Assembly (NCBI GenBank): GCA_934129895.1
Contig: CAKOWY010000008.1
Location: forward strand, 298-64,297
DNA: 64,000 nt
Reading direction: 5' to 3'
From: an uncultured Clostridia bacterium
Lineage (GTDB): Bacteria > Bacillota > Clostridia > TANB77 > CAG-508
In this document: in pieces, positions 18,894 through 28,284 of the stretch
Layout: every line of letters begins with the position of its first letter
How positions within the stretch are numbered: the stretch's first letter is position 1
Notes under the pieces: model-generated
What the model was told of the DNA's origin: nothing
The model's input: the letters and a program-made list of their open reading frames with translations, nothing else
Databases searched by the model: none
Program-made: the position numbers and the translations under genes

Positions 18894-19523
18894 ATGAAGA
18901 GTAAAATAAAAAGAAAGGTTAAAATAAATAATACAGTTTTTATAGTTTTATTATTGATAGTTATTTTACTTTTCATTTCTACATCATATTCATTGTGGTC
19001 AACAGATTTACAAATAAATGGAACAATTACAACTAATTATTCAGGAAAAAAATTACCGGTTGAATTGGAACCTTTAGGAAACGATAAAAACGGTGTTAAT
19101 AGATATACAAGTAATACAACATTAGAAGTAATTGGAGTGGAAATATATAAAGTAGTTGATGAAAAATATGAAAATAATACAATAACAACTACAATTAAGC
19201 AAACATATAAGCAAATTTTTTCTATTTTTAACGTAAAACCTGAAATTACATTAACAATTCCAAATAATACAAGTGATATGTTTGTGGATGGAAAAATTGA
19301 ACTAATAGAATACAATGATTCTAATAATATATTTCAAAATAGGACACATACTGTGTCTGAAACAATTGTAGAAGGAGCAACAGGGACGGTAAGTATTAGT
19401 GGACAATTGAGAGGAGACAAAGATGTAGCTACAAATACTTATTATAAATATAAAATAACTTATAATGTAAATGGGATAGAAAATATATTTTATTATAATA
19501 TAAATTTATTACCAATGGATTAA
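18894..19523 (+). CDS. Second secreted TasA-like protein with a SipW-cognate-type signal
   Basis: N-terminus ...IVILLFISTSYSLWSTDLQINGTITT parallels ...ISIGYSAFSSSLNISGTATG of the gene at 15984. Confidence 0.55.
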   Translation: MKSKIKRKVKINNTVFIVLLLIVILLFISTSYSLWSTDLQINGTITTNYSGKKLPVELEPLGNDKNGVNRYTSNTTLEVIGVEIYKVVDEKYENNTITTTIKQTYKQIFSIFNVKPEITLTIPNNTSDMFVDGKIELIEYNDSNNIFQNRTHTVSETIVEGATGTVSISGQLRGDKDVATNTYYKYKITYNVNGIENIFYYNINLLPMD

Positions 19524-19526
19524 TAT

Positions 19527-19556
19527 AGTGCCTAATCAAAGGGCACTTATTTTTGT
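19527..19556 (+). terminator. Rho-independent terminator
   Basis: agtgcc/ggcact stem followed by tatttttgtttt. Confidence 0.55.
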
Positions 19557-19563
19557 TTTGGCT

Positions 19564-19591
19564 TGACTTTATAAAAGAGGGCGATTATAAT
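19564..19591 (+). promoter_or_regulatory. Sigma-A promoter for mtaB
   Basis: ttgact - 16 nt - tataat. RBS aaggagag precedes ATG 19623. Confidence 0.55.
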
Positions 19592-19622
19592 ATTATGTAT
19601 AAAATTATTAAGGAGAGCAAAT

Positions 19623-20934
19623 ATGAAAAACAAAAATATAAAAAGAGTGTCATTTATTACATTACGGTTGTAAAGTTAATCAATATGAAACAAATGCTAT
19701 GATGCAAAAATTTAAAGAAAATAATTATGAAATAGTTGATGCAAATGATGATATTTCAGATATATGTGTAATAAATACATGTACGGTAACAAATATGTCA
19801 GATAGAAAATCAAGACACTCAATAAGAAGGGTAAAAGAAAAAAATCATAATGCAATTATAATTGCAACAGGGTGTTATGCGCAAAATTCTAAAAAAGAAT
19901 TGGAAGCTATGTCAGAAATAGACATTATATTAGGTAATGAAGAAAAAAAGAATATAGTTGGATATGTTGAAAAATATATAGAAGAAAAAAATAAAATTGT
20001 TTTAGTTAATGATATCTCAAATTCTAAAGAATTTGAAGATATGGGAGCAATATCATATACAGAAAAAACAAGAGCAGTTATAAAGGTTCAAGATGGATGT
20101 AACCAATTTTGTACATATTGTATTATACCTTATGCAAGAGGAAGAATACGTAGTAGAAAAATTGAAAGTGTTATAGAAGAAGTAAAAAAAATAGCTGAAA
20201 AAGGAATTAAAGAAGTTGTAATAACGGGAATACATATTGCATCTTATGGAAAAGATTTCGATAATAATATAGGATTAATAGATTTATTAGAAGAAATAAA
20301 TAAGGTTGATGGAATTCAGCGTATTAGAATTGGATCATTAGAACCCAAAATTATTACTGAAGAATTTATGCAAAGATTAATTAAACTTCCTAAAATATGT
20401 CATCATTTTCATTTATCATTACAAAGTGGATGTGATGAAACTTTGAAAAGAATGAATAGAAAATATAATACTTTAGAATTTGAAGAAATTGTAAATAGAT
20501 TAAGAAAATATTATAGTGACGTGATTCTTACTACAGATATAATTGTTGGGTTTCCTGGAGAAAGCCAAGAAGAATTTGATTGTACATATAAATTTTTAGA
20601 AAAAATCAAATTTTATAAAATGCATGTATTTCCATATTCACCAAGAACAGGAACAGTTGCTGAAAAAATGCCAAATCAGGTTCAGGGAGATGTAAAAGAA
20701 AGTAGAAGTAAAAAATTAATAGAATTATCAAATAAAAATCAATTAGAATACAATCAAAAATTTATAAATAAAGATGTAGAAGTATTGTTTGAAGAAAAAG
20801 ATGAAAATGGATATTATAAAGGACATACGCAAAATTATATATTGGTTGAATATAAAAGCTTAGAAGAGTTAGAAAATAAAATAAAAGTTGTTAATATAAA
20901 AGATGCTGATGTAGAATATGTAACAGCAATTTAA
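19623..20934 (+). CDS. mtaB: Radical SAM methylthiotransferase (MtaB/MiaB-like) with an apparent +1 frameshift near 19665
   Basis: The promoter-proximal ATG 19623 encodes MKNKNIKRVSFITL, then hits a stop. The conserved continuation GCKVNQYETNAMMQKF... is in the +1 frame, with an extra C in 'ttaCggttgt'. Downstream are the radical SAM CNQFCTYC motif and a TRAM domain. Confidence 0.75.
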
Positions 20935-21038
20935 TGTAATAAATTTGTAACAAAAAAGAAACAAAAAATGTATTGAAAAGAATTATGAATTGTTATATTA
21001 TAAAAAAGGAATTTGTAGATTACAAAGGAGGAAAAATT

Positions 21039-21386
21039 ATGGCAAATATAGAAGAAATTATTGGAGTGTTTGGAGGAGTTAAAACAGAAGAAGTAAATAC
21101 AAAAGCTTCAAGTGCAATATATTCAGAAACAAAAATCATAGATAATGGAGAAATGGCAGATGATATGGATAATTATAATATAGAAACTCCTATTGAAAAT
21201 TTATCAACAAATTTGCCAGCACAAGTTGGGTTCTGGAGCAAATTAAAATCATCATTATTTGGAGAAGTAAAAATAAAATTAGCATCTTATGGACAGGAAA
21301 ATGATTATAATTATCATGAACCAAGTGTATGGAACAAAGTAAAAGGATTTTTATTTCAAGAAATAATAATAGAAAAGAAAAAATAA
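21039..21386 (+). CDS. Hypothetical acidic protein (115 aa)
   Basis: ORF with RBS aaaggaggaaaaattatg. No recognisable motif. Confidence 0.4.
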   Translation: MANIEEIIGVFGGVKTEEVNTKASSAIYSETKIIDNGEMADDMDNYNIETPIENLSTNLPAQVGFWSKLKSSLFGEVKIKLASYGQENDYNYHEPSVWNKVKGFLFQEIIIEKKK

Positions 21387-21414
21387 AAAATGAATAAATT
21401 ATACAAAAAAGAAG

Positions 21415-21445
21415 AAAATAGCAAGAAAGTCTTGCTATTTTTTTG
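21415..21445 (+). terminator. Rho-independent terminator (aaaatagcaagaa...tcttgctattttt family)
   Basis: Stem tagcaagaa/tcttgcta followed by T7. Confidence 0.7.
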
Positions 21446-21500
21446 CTTTTAGAATATAATGTATAAGTCAAAAAAGAGTAAGTAGAAAGGACGATGAAAC

Positions 21501-22169
21501 ATGAATATTATAATGTTAGGTGCACCTGGAACAGGAAAAGGTACAATTGCTGGAATATTATCAGAAAATTTAGGTATTCCACAAATATCAACAGGAGATA
21601 TATTTAGAAAGAATATAAAAGAAGGAACAGAGTTAGGAAAACTTGCAGACAGTTATATATCAAAAGGACAATTGGTTCCAGATGATGTTACAGTTCAAAT
21701 TGTTGTAGACAGACTTAATGAACCAGATGCAAAAAACGGAGTAATTTTAGATGGATTCCCAAGAACAGTTGTACAAGCAGACAAATTAAAACAAATTTTA
21801 AATGAAAAAGGAGAAAAAGTAGATATTACAATTAATCTAACAACACCAGAAGATGAGATAATAGAAAGAATTGTAAATAGAAGAGTATGTTCAAATCAAA
21901 ATTGTAAAACAGTATATAATATAGTTTTAAATCCACCAAAGGTTGAAGGAATATGTGACAAATGCGGTAGTGAACTTATTACAAGAAAAGATGACAAAGT
22001 TGAAACAGTAAAAAGTAGATTGGAACAATATTTTAAACAAACAAGCCCATTAGTAGATTACTATGAAAAAGAAGGAATTTTATATTCTGCAGTTGTAAGC
22101 AAATCTATTAATAAACTAGGAGCTGATGTTGCAAAAGACATATTAGAATATTTAAAGTCAATGAAATAA
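21501..22169 (+). CDS. adk: Adenylate kinase (with zinc-binding lid)
   Basis: MNIIMLGAPGTGKGT P-loop and the lid cysteines C..C...C..C. Confidence 0.95.
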   Translation: MNIIMLGAPGTGKGTIAGILSENLGIPQISTGDIFRKNIKEGTELGKLADSYISKGQLVPDDVTVQIVVDRLNEPDAKNGVILDGFPRTVVQADKLKQILNEKGEKVDITINLTTPEDEIIERIVNRRVCSNQNCKTVYNIVLNPPKVEGICDKCGSELITRKDDKVETVKSRLEQYFKQTSPLVDYYEKEGILYSAVVSKSINKLGADVAKDILEYLKSMK

Positions 22170-22229
22170 TTACTAAAGAAAAAACAGGAAAAATAAACTT
22201 TCCTGTTTATTATGTAATTAAAGAAAGAA

Positions 22230-23009
22230 GTGGAAGAAATGGTAACAATAAAATCAAAAAGAGAAATAGAATTAATGAGAGAAGCAGGAAGAGTTACAGC
22301 ATTAACACATAAGGCTATAGAAGATGCAATAAGACCAGGTATGACAACAGCAGATTTAGATAGAATTGCAGAAGAAACAATGAAAAAAAATGGTGCTATA
22401 TCAGCAGAAAAAGGATATAATCCAGGAATAAAAGGAGTTCCACCATATCCAGCATCAACATGTATTTCTGTAAATGATGTAGTAATACATGGAATTCCAT
22501 CAAAGAAAACTGTAATAAAAGATGGAGATATAGTAAGTGTAGATTTAGTAGCTTTAAAAAATGGATATAATGGTGATGCGGCAAGAACAATTATGGTTGG
22601 AAATGTATCTCCAGAAGCCAAAAGATTAGTTGAAGTAACAAAACAAGCTTTTTTTGAAGGAATAAAATATGCTAAAAAAGGAAATAGAATTGGAGATATT
22701 TCACATGCAATTGGAGAATATGTAAAATCACAAGGTTATTCTGTAGTAAGAGAATTTGAAGGACATGGAATTGGAAAAGAAATGCATGAAGAGCCAGAAA
22801 TCCCAAATTACGGAAAAGCAGGTAGAGGAATAAGACTTGAACCTGGTATGACACTAGCAATAGAACCAATGGTAATTGCGGGAAAACCAGATATTTGGGA
22901 ACTAGAAGATGGATGGACAATTGTGACACAAGATGGAAGTTTAGCTGCACACTATGAAAATACAATTTTAATTACAGAAAATGAGCCAGAAATATTGACA
23001 ATTATTTAA
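22230..23009 (+). CDS. map: Methionine aminopeptidase type I
   Basis: Conserved metal-ligand context (D..D..H..E..E) and typical length. Conserved adk-map-infA order. Confidence 0.9.
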   Translation: MEEMVTIKSKREIELMREAGRVTALTHKAIEDAIRPGMTTADLDRIAEETMKKNGAISAEKGYNPGIKGVPPYPASTCISVNDVVIHGIPSKKTVIKDGDIVSVDLVALKNGYNGDAARTIMVGNVSPEAKRLVEVTKQAFFEGIKYAKKGNRIGDISHAIGEYVKSQGYSVVREFEGHGIGKEMHEEPEIPNYGKAGRGIRLEPGMTLAIEPMVIAGKPDIWELEDGWTIVTQDGSLAAHYENTILITENEPEILTII

Positions 23010-23133
23010 ATTTGGTATATAATAAATGAGTTAAAATCATATTTTTGACAAAAAATGGAAAGAAAGTATAATCTATTTATATAAAAATAATGTATAAATA
23101 GGTTAAAATGCTCTTTAAGAAGGAGGAAAGAAC

Positions 23134-23352
23134 TTGGCAAAAGAAGATGTTATTGAAGTAGAAGGAGTAGTTGTAGAAACACTACCAAACACAACTTTTA
23201 AAGTAGAGCTTGAAAATGGTCATCAAATATTGGCACATATTTCAGGAAAATTAAGAATGAACTACATAAAAATATTACCAGGAGACAAGGTTAAAGTTGA
23301 GTTATCACCTTATGACTTAACAAGAGGAAGAATTACTTGGAGAGCAAAATAG
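23134..23352 (+). CDS. infA: Translation initiation factor IF-1 (TTG start)
   Basis: [69 protein letters not shown]. Confidence 0.95.
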   Translation: MAKEDVIEVEGVVVETLPNTTFKVELENGHQILAHISGKLRMNYIKILPGDKVKVELSPYDLTRGRITWRAK

Positions 23353-23501
23353 ATAAAAAGACAAATTATACATTAACCCAAAATATATAAAAATTTATGT
23401 TTGAAGACAAAACTTATTCACAAGGCGAAGGATGTTCCTTAGCCCAAGTGGAATGCGGCAAGCTAAGGAATGTCTGAAGACGATTTAAGGAGGTGCAAAG
23501 A

Positions 23502-23616
23502 AATGAAGGTTAGACCATCAGTAAAGAAAATGTGCGACAAATGTAAAGTAATAAAAAGAAAAGGTGTAATTAGAGTTATTTGTGAAAACCCTAAACACAA
23601 ACAAAGACAAGGTTAA
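23502..23616 (+). CDS. rpmJ: 50S ribosomal protein L36, with an apparent single-base insertion (frameshift) after codon 6
   Basis: atg aag gtt aga cca tca (MKVRPS), then an extra G in 'tcaGgtaaag'. The rest of L36 ([31 protein letters not shown]) reads in the +1 frame, ending at 23616. Confidence 0.75.
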
Positions 23617-23799
23617 TTCCTTAAGTTTATAACACAAATAAGGTAGCGGCTGTTTAACTTATTAGTTAACATATCAAATTTGTGTATAATATATATGTTC
23701 TAATTAATTTTAAAGATCTATAAAATAGATGCATTTCACCTTTTTAATAAATTAGGGCAAAACAAACAAATAAAGAAAAATTTGGAGGTGCAAAGAAAC

Positions 23800-24177
23800 A
23801 TGGCTCGTATAGCAGGAGTAGACTTACCTAAAGAAAAAAGAGTAGAAATAGGACTTACATACATTTATGGTATAGGAGTAGCTAGCTCAAACAAAATATT
23901 AGCAAAAGCTGGAGTGAATCCAGATACAAGAGTTAAAGATTTAACTGATGATGAAGTTAATAGCATAAGAAAAGTTATTGATGAATCATACAAAGTTGAA
24001 GGTGATTTAAGAAGAGAAGTAGCTCTTAATATAAAAAGATTAACAGAAATTGGATGTTATAGAGGATTAAGACATAGAAGAGGTCTTCCAGTAAGAGGAC
24101 AAAGAACTAAAACTAATGCTCGTACAAGAAAAGGTCCAAGAAAATTAGTAAGCAAATCAAAGAAAGATGCAAAATAA
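23800..24177 (+). CDS. rpsM: 30S ribosomal protein S13
   Basis: [29 protein letters not shown] ggaggtg. Confidence 0.95.
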   Translation: MARIAGVDLPKEKRVEIGLTYIYGIGVASSNKILAKAGVNPDTRVKDLTDDEVNSIRKVIDESYKVEGDLRREVALNIKRLTEIGCYRGLRHRRGLPVRGQRTKTNARTRKGPRKLVSKSKKDAK

Positions 24178-24230
24178 GACTTTAACAAACAATACAAAAG
24201 TATTGTTATATAAGGAGGGAAATAAGAAAA

Positions 24231-24629
24231 ATGGCTAATAAAAATGTTGCAAAAAAGACAGTTGCTAGAAGAAATAGAAAAAACATCGATAAAGGTGCTG
24301 CACATATTCATTCTAGTTTCAATAACACAATAGTAACAATAACAGATACAAACGGAAATACAATATCATGGGGAAGTGCTGGAGGACAAGGTTTCAAAGG
24401 TTCTAGAAAAAGCACACCATTCGCAGCTGGAGAAGTTGCTGAAAAAGCAGCTAAAGCAGCAATGGAACATGGATTAAAAACAGTTGAAGTATATGTTAAA
24501 GGTCCAGGAGCAGGTAGAGAATCAGCAATAAGATCTTTACAAGCTGCAGGATTAGAAATCAGTAGCATTAAAGATGTTACACCAATCCCACATAACGGAT
24601 GTAGACCACCAAAAAGAAGAAGAGTATAA
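24231..24629 (+). CDS. rpsK: 30S ribosomal protein S11
   Basis: Conserved S11 sequence ...[15 protein letters not shown]...[10 protein letters not shown]... Confidence 0.95.
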   Translation: MANKNVAKKTVARRNRKNIDKGAAHIHSSFNNTIVTITDTNGNTISWGSAGGQGFKGSRKSTPFAAGEVAEKAAKAAMEHGLKTVEVYVKGPGAGRESAIRSLQAAGLEISSIKDVTPIPHNGCRPPKRRRV

Positions 24630-24705
24630 TTTCATATTTAGGTGGATTATAAAAAAGAAATTTAAAATTAAGAATAAATAAAATATAATGAAAGAGGTGT
24701 AAAAG

Positions 24706-25332
24706 ATGGCACGTTATACAGACGAACAATGTCGTATTTGCCGTAGAGAAGGACAAAAATTGTTCTTAAAAGGTTCAAGATGTTATTCTGATAAATGCAG
24801 TATTTCTAGAAGAAATTATGCTCCAGGACAACATGGACAAAAAAGAGCAAAACTTTCTGAATACGGAACTCAATTAAGAGAAAAACAAAAAACAAAATCA
24901 TACTATGGAGTTGGAGAAAAACAATTTAGAGGATATTTCGAAATGGCATCTAATAAAAAAGGAATCACAGGTGAAAATTTACTACAAATATTAGAAAGCA
25001 GATTAGATAATGTTGTATATAGATTAGGATTTGGAGCTTCAAGAGCTCAAGCAAGACAACTTGTAAACCATGGACAATTTGCAGTTAATGGACAAAGAGT
25101 TGATATTCCATCATATTTAGTTAAAGCTGGTGATGTTATATCTGTAAGAGAAAGCAAAAAAGAAAATGGAGCAATTAAAGCTAATGTTGAAGTTAATTCA
25201 GCAAGACCAGTTCCAGCATGGTTAGAATTAAATAACGAAACTTTAAGTGGTAAAGTAATAAGATTAGCATCAAGAGAAGATGTTGATATTCCAGTTGAAG
25301 AGCATTTAATAGTAGAGCTTTACTCTAAATAA
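24706..25332 (+). CDS. rpsD: 30S ribosomal protein S4
   Basis: [23 protein letters not shown]... with the S4 zinc-ribbon-like N-terminus. Confidence 0.95.
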   Translation: MARYTDEQCRICRREGQKLFLKGSRCYSDKCSISRRNYAPGQHGQKRAKLSEYGTQLREKQKTKSYYGVGEKQFRGYFEMASNKKGITGENLLQILESRLDNVVYRLGFGASRAQARQLVNHGQFAVNGQRVDIPSYLVKAGDVISVRESKKENGAIKANVEVNSARPVPAWLELNNETLSGKVIRLASREDVDIPVEEHLIVELYSK

Positions 25333-25366
25333 TAGTTTTTAATTAGAAAAATATTAGGAGGTAGAA

Positions 25367-26314
25367 ATGATAGAATTTGAAAAGCCAAATATTGAATGTC
25401 TAGAGGTTGATAACAACAATAATTATGCAAAATTTGTATGTGAACCATTAGAAAGAGGATATGGTGTTACAATTGGAAATTCATTAAGACGTATATTATT
25501 ATCATCATTAACAGGTTGTGCTATTACTAGTGTTAAGATAGATGGTGTTTTACATGAATTTTCTAGCATACCAAATGTTGTAGAAGATGTACCAGAAATT
25601 ATAGTCAATTTAAAAAATGTTAGACTAAAATTTGCTGAAAACGAAGAAAAAGTTATGAGAATTAACTTTAAAGGAGAGGGAGAAGTTACTGCAGGTGATA
25701 TCATTACTGATGGAACTGTAGAAATATTAAATCCAGACTTACATATAGCAACTGTATCTGAAGGTGGACAGTTGATTATGGAATTGACAGCAGATATGGG
25801 AAGAGGATATACCCCTTCTGAAAAGAATAAAAAACCAAACCAAGACATATCTGTGCTTCCAATAGATTCAATTTATACACCAGTAAAAAAAGTAAATTAT
25901 CAAGTAAAAAACACTAGAGTAGGGCAAATGGTTGACTATGATAAATTAATTATAGAAGTTTGGACAGATGGTAGCTTAAAAGCAGATGAAGCTTTAAGTT
26001 TAGCTGCAAAAGTTATGACAGGTCATTTAGAATTATTTATAGATTTATCAGAAGCAACAAAAAATACACAAGTTATGATAGAAAAAGAAGAATCTAAAAA
26101 AGAAAAAGTATTAGAAACTTCAATAGAAGAATTAGAATTATCTGTACGTTCATTTAACTGTTTAAAGAGAGCAGGAATATCTACAGTTGAAGATTTAACA
26201 AATAGATCTGAAGCAGATATGATGAAAGTTAGAAATTTAGGAAAGAAATCATTAGATGAAGTAATTGCAAAATTACATTCATTAGGATTAAATTTCAAAC
26301 AAGAAGATGAATAA
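25367..26314 (+). CDS. rpoA: DNA-directed RNA polymerase subunit alpha
   Basis: [13 protein letters not shown]...[17 protein letters not shown]... and the C-terminal domain motif [16 protein letters not shown]. Confidence 0.95.
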   Translation: MIEFEKPNIECLEVDNNNNYAKFVCEPLERGYGVTIGNSLRRILLSSLTGCAITSVKIDGVLHEFSSIPNVVEDVPEIIVNLKNVRLKFAENEEKVMRINFKGEGEVTAGDIITDGTVEILNPDLHIATVSEGGQLIMELTADMGRGYTPSEKNKKPNQDISVLPIDSIYTPVKKVNYQVKNTRVGQMVDYDKLIIEVWTDGSLKADEALSLAAKVMTGHLELFIDLSEATKNTQVMIEKEESKKEKVLETSIEELELSVRSFNCLKRAGISTVEDLTNRSEADMMKVRNLGKKSLDEVIAKLHSLGLNFKQEDE

Positions 26315-26340
26315 TATTATTATATAAAGAGGTGAAAGAA

Positions 26341-26850
26341 GTGGCTACAAATAGAAAATTAGGTAGAACAACTGATATAAGAAATGCTATGTTAAAAACT
26401 TTAACAACAGATTTAATCTTAAAAGGTAAAGTTGAAACAACAGAAGCTAGAGCAAAAGAAGTAAAAGCTATAGCAGATAGCATAATAGCATTAGCAATAA
26501 AAGAAAAAGATAACTTTGAAACAGTTGATGCTAAAGTAGTAAAAGCTAAATTAGATGATAAAGGTAACAAAGTTACAGAATTAGTAAAAAGCAAAAATGG
26601 TAATGAATATCTAAAAGTTGTAAAAGAAGAAACAACTGAAAAAAGACAAAAAGATATGCCATCAAGATTAAATGCTAGAAGAAAAATAATGACAAAATTA
26701 AACAAAGTTGAAGGCGAAGATGTAATTGCAAAATTATTCAATGAAATCGCTCCAAAATACGAAGGTAGAGTTGGTGGATATACAAGAATAATAAAAGCTG
26801 GTCCTCGTAGAGGAGATGCTGCAGAAGTAGCTATATTACAATTAGTTTAA
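26341..26850 (+). CDS. rplQ: 50S ribosomal protein L17, carrying a ~50-aa internal insertion. A GTG start is likely
   Basis: [18 protein letters not shown]... and the C-terminus [24 protein letters not shown] are canonical L17. The middle segment [22 protein letters not shown]...RQKDMPSRL has no counterpart in typical 113-130 aa L17. Confidence 0.85.
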   Translation: MATNRKLGRTTDIRNAMLKTLTTDLILKGKVETTEARAKEVKAIADSIIALAIKEKDNFETVDAKVVKAKLDDKGNKVTELVKSKNGNEYLKVVKEETTEKRQKDMPSRLNARRKIMTKLNKVEGEDVIAKLFNEIAPKYEGRVGGYTRIIKAGPRRGDAAEVAILQLV

Positions 26851-26864
26851 TTATAAAATTGAAT

Positions 26865-27012
26865 ACATATTATCAAGAGTGGAGTAGAGAACGGCTCGTT
26901 AATCCCACAGCAACCTGCAATATGTAAGGTGCTAATACCGGCAAAGCAAAAGCTTTGAGTGATGATTTTTTAGAAAAAGACTCATAGCAAACGCTAAGAG
27001 TTCTTTTTTTGA
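26865..27012 (+). promoter_or_regulatory. SAM-I (S-box) riboswitch with terminator, leader of metK
   Basis: tattatcaagagtggag...cggctcg...cccacagcaacc...ggtgctaataccggcaaag...tttgagtgatga matches S-box conserved blocks (UUAUCAAGAG, GCAACC, GGUGCUAA). A terminator follows: gactcatagc/gctaagagtt stem plus T7. Confidence 0.7.
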
Positions 27013-27058
27013 CTTATTGCATCTCAAAGAGAAAGTAAAGTGAAAGGAAATAATAAAA

Positions 27059-28177
27059 ATGAATAAAAAATGGTATTTTACATCAGAAAGTGTAACAGAG
27101 GGACATCCAGATAAATTATGTGATTATATTTCAGATACAATATTAGATGAAGCAATAAAACAAGATAAATATTCAAGAGTTGCAGTTGAGACATTTGCAT
27201 CTGCAAATCAAATAACAATTGCAGGACAATTAACAACAAATGCGATACTAGATATAGAAAAAATAGTAAGAGCTAGAATAAAAGAAATAGGATATGATAG
27301 AGCTGATTTAGACATAGATTATAAAACATGTAAGATTGATATAAATATAACACAACAAAGTTCAGATATAGCGCAAGGTGTTGATGTTGGAGGAGCAGGA
27401 GATCAAGGAATAATGTTTGGGTATGCTTCAGATGAAACAGAAGAATATATGCCTTTTGCAATTTCAATGGCACATAAATTGGCAAAAAGACTTACAGAAG
27501 TTCGTAAAAATGGAATAATACCATATCTTAGACCAGATGGAAAGACACAAGTAACAGTTGAATATGAAGATGGTATTGTAAAAAGGATAGATACAATACT
27601 TATATCAAATCAACATGAAGAATCAGCAGATATGGATACATTAAAAAAGGATATTATGGAAAAAGTAATAAAAGCAGTTATCCCAGAACAATATTTGGAT
27701 GAAAATACTAAATATTTTATAAATCCAACAGGTAGATTTGTTATTGGTGGACCATTAGGTGATACAGGCTTAACAGGAAGAAAGATAATTGTAGATACTT
27801 ATGGTGGATATGCACGTCATGGTGGAGGAGCTTTTTCTGGAAAAGATGCAACAAAAGTTGATAGAAGTGCTGCATATATGATGAGACATATTGCAAAAAA
27901 TATAGTTGCAAATGGATTTGCAAAAAAATGTGAATTACAAGTAGCTTATGCAATAGGTGTTGAACAACCAATGTCAATATTTGTAGATACATTTGGAACA
28001 AATACAATACCAGAAGAAAAGATAGAAGAAATAATAAAGAATAACTTTGATTTAACACCAAAGGGAATTATTGAATATCTTGGATTAAGAGAACCAATTT
28101 ATACAAAAACAACAAATTATGGGCATTTTGGAAAGCCAGAACTACCTTGGGAAAAAATCATAAAATTAGAAATTTAA
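27059..28177 (+). CDS. metK: S-adenosylmethionine synthetase
   Basis: [24 protein letters not shown] and [19 protein letters not shown] motifs. Confidence 0.95.
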   Translation: MNKKWYFTSESVTEGHPDKLCDYISDTILDEAIKQDKYSRVAVETFASANQITIAGQLTTNAILDIEKIVRARIKEIGYDRADLDIDYKTCKIDINITQQSSDIAQGVDVGGAGDQGIMFGYASDETEEYMPFAISMAHKLAKRLTEVRKNGIIPYLRPDGKTQVTVEYEDGIVKRIDTILISNQHEESADMDTLKKDIMEKVIKAVIPEQYLDENTKYFINPTGRFVIGGPLGDTGLTGRKIIVDTYGGYARHGGGAFSGKDATKVDRSAAYMMRHIAKNIVANGFAKKCELQVAYAIGVEQPMSIFVDTFGTNTIPEEKIEEIIKNNFDLTPKGIIEYLGLREPIYTKTTNYGHFGKPELPWEKIIKLEI

Positions 28178-28179
28178 GA

Positions 28180-28211
28180 AAATGAGAAAGTTTTAAACTT
28201 TCTCATTTTTT
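28180..28211 (+). terminator. Rho-independent terminator after metK
   Basis: aaatgagaaagtt/aactttctcattt stem followed by a T-run. Confidence 0.75.
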
Positions 28212-28284
28212 GAGTATATCTATTGAAACAAACATCTTTTTGTGATAAAATCACAATATTAAGAATGCGAAAAGAGGGCGGAAA

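Noticed and set aside
22061-22621. 186-aa minus-strand ORF overlapping adk/map
   Set aside because: Antisense shadow of two highly conserved genes. No independent support.
25423-26741. Minus-strand ORFs 25423-25848, 26023-26298 and 26295-26741
   Set aside because: Antisense to rpoA and rplQ. Shadow ORFs.
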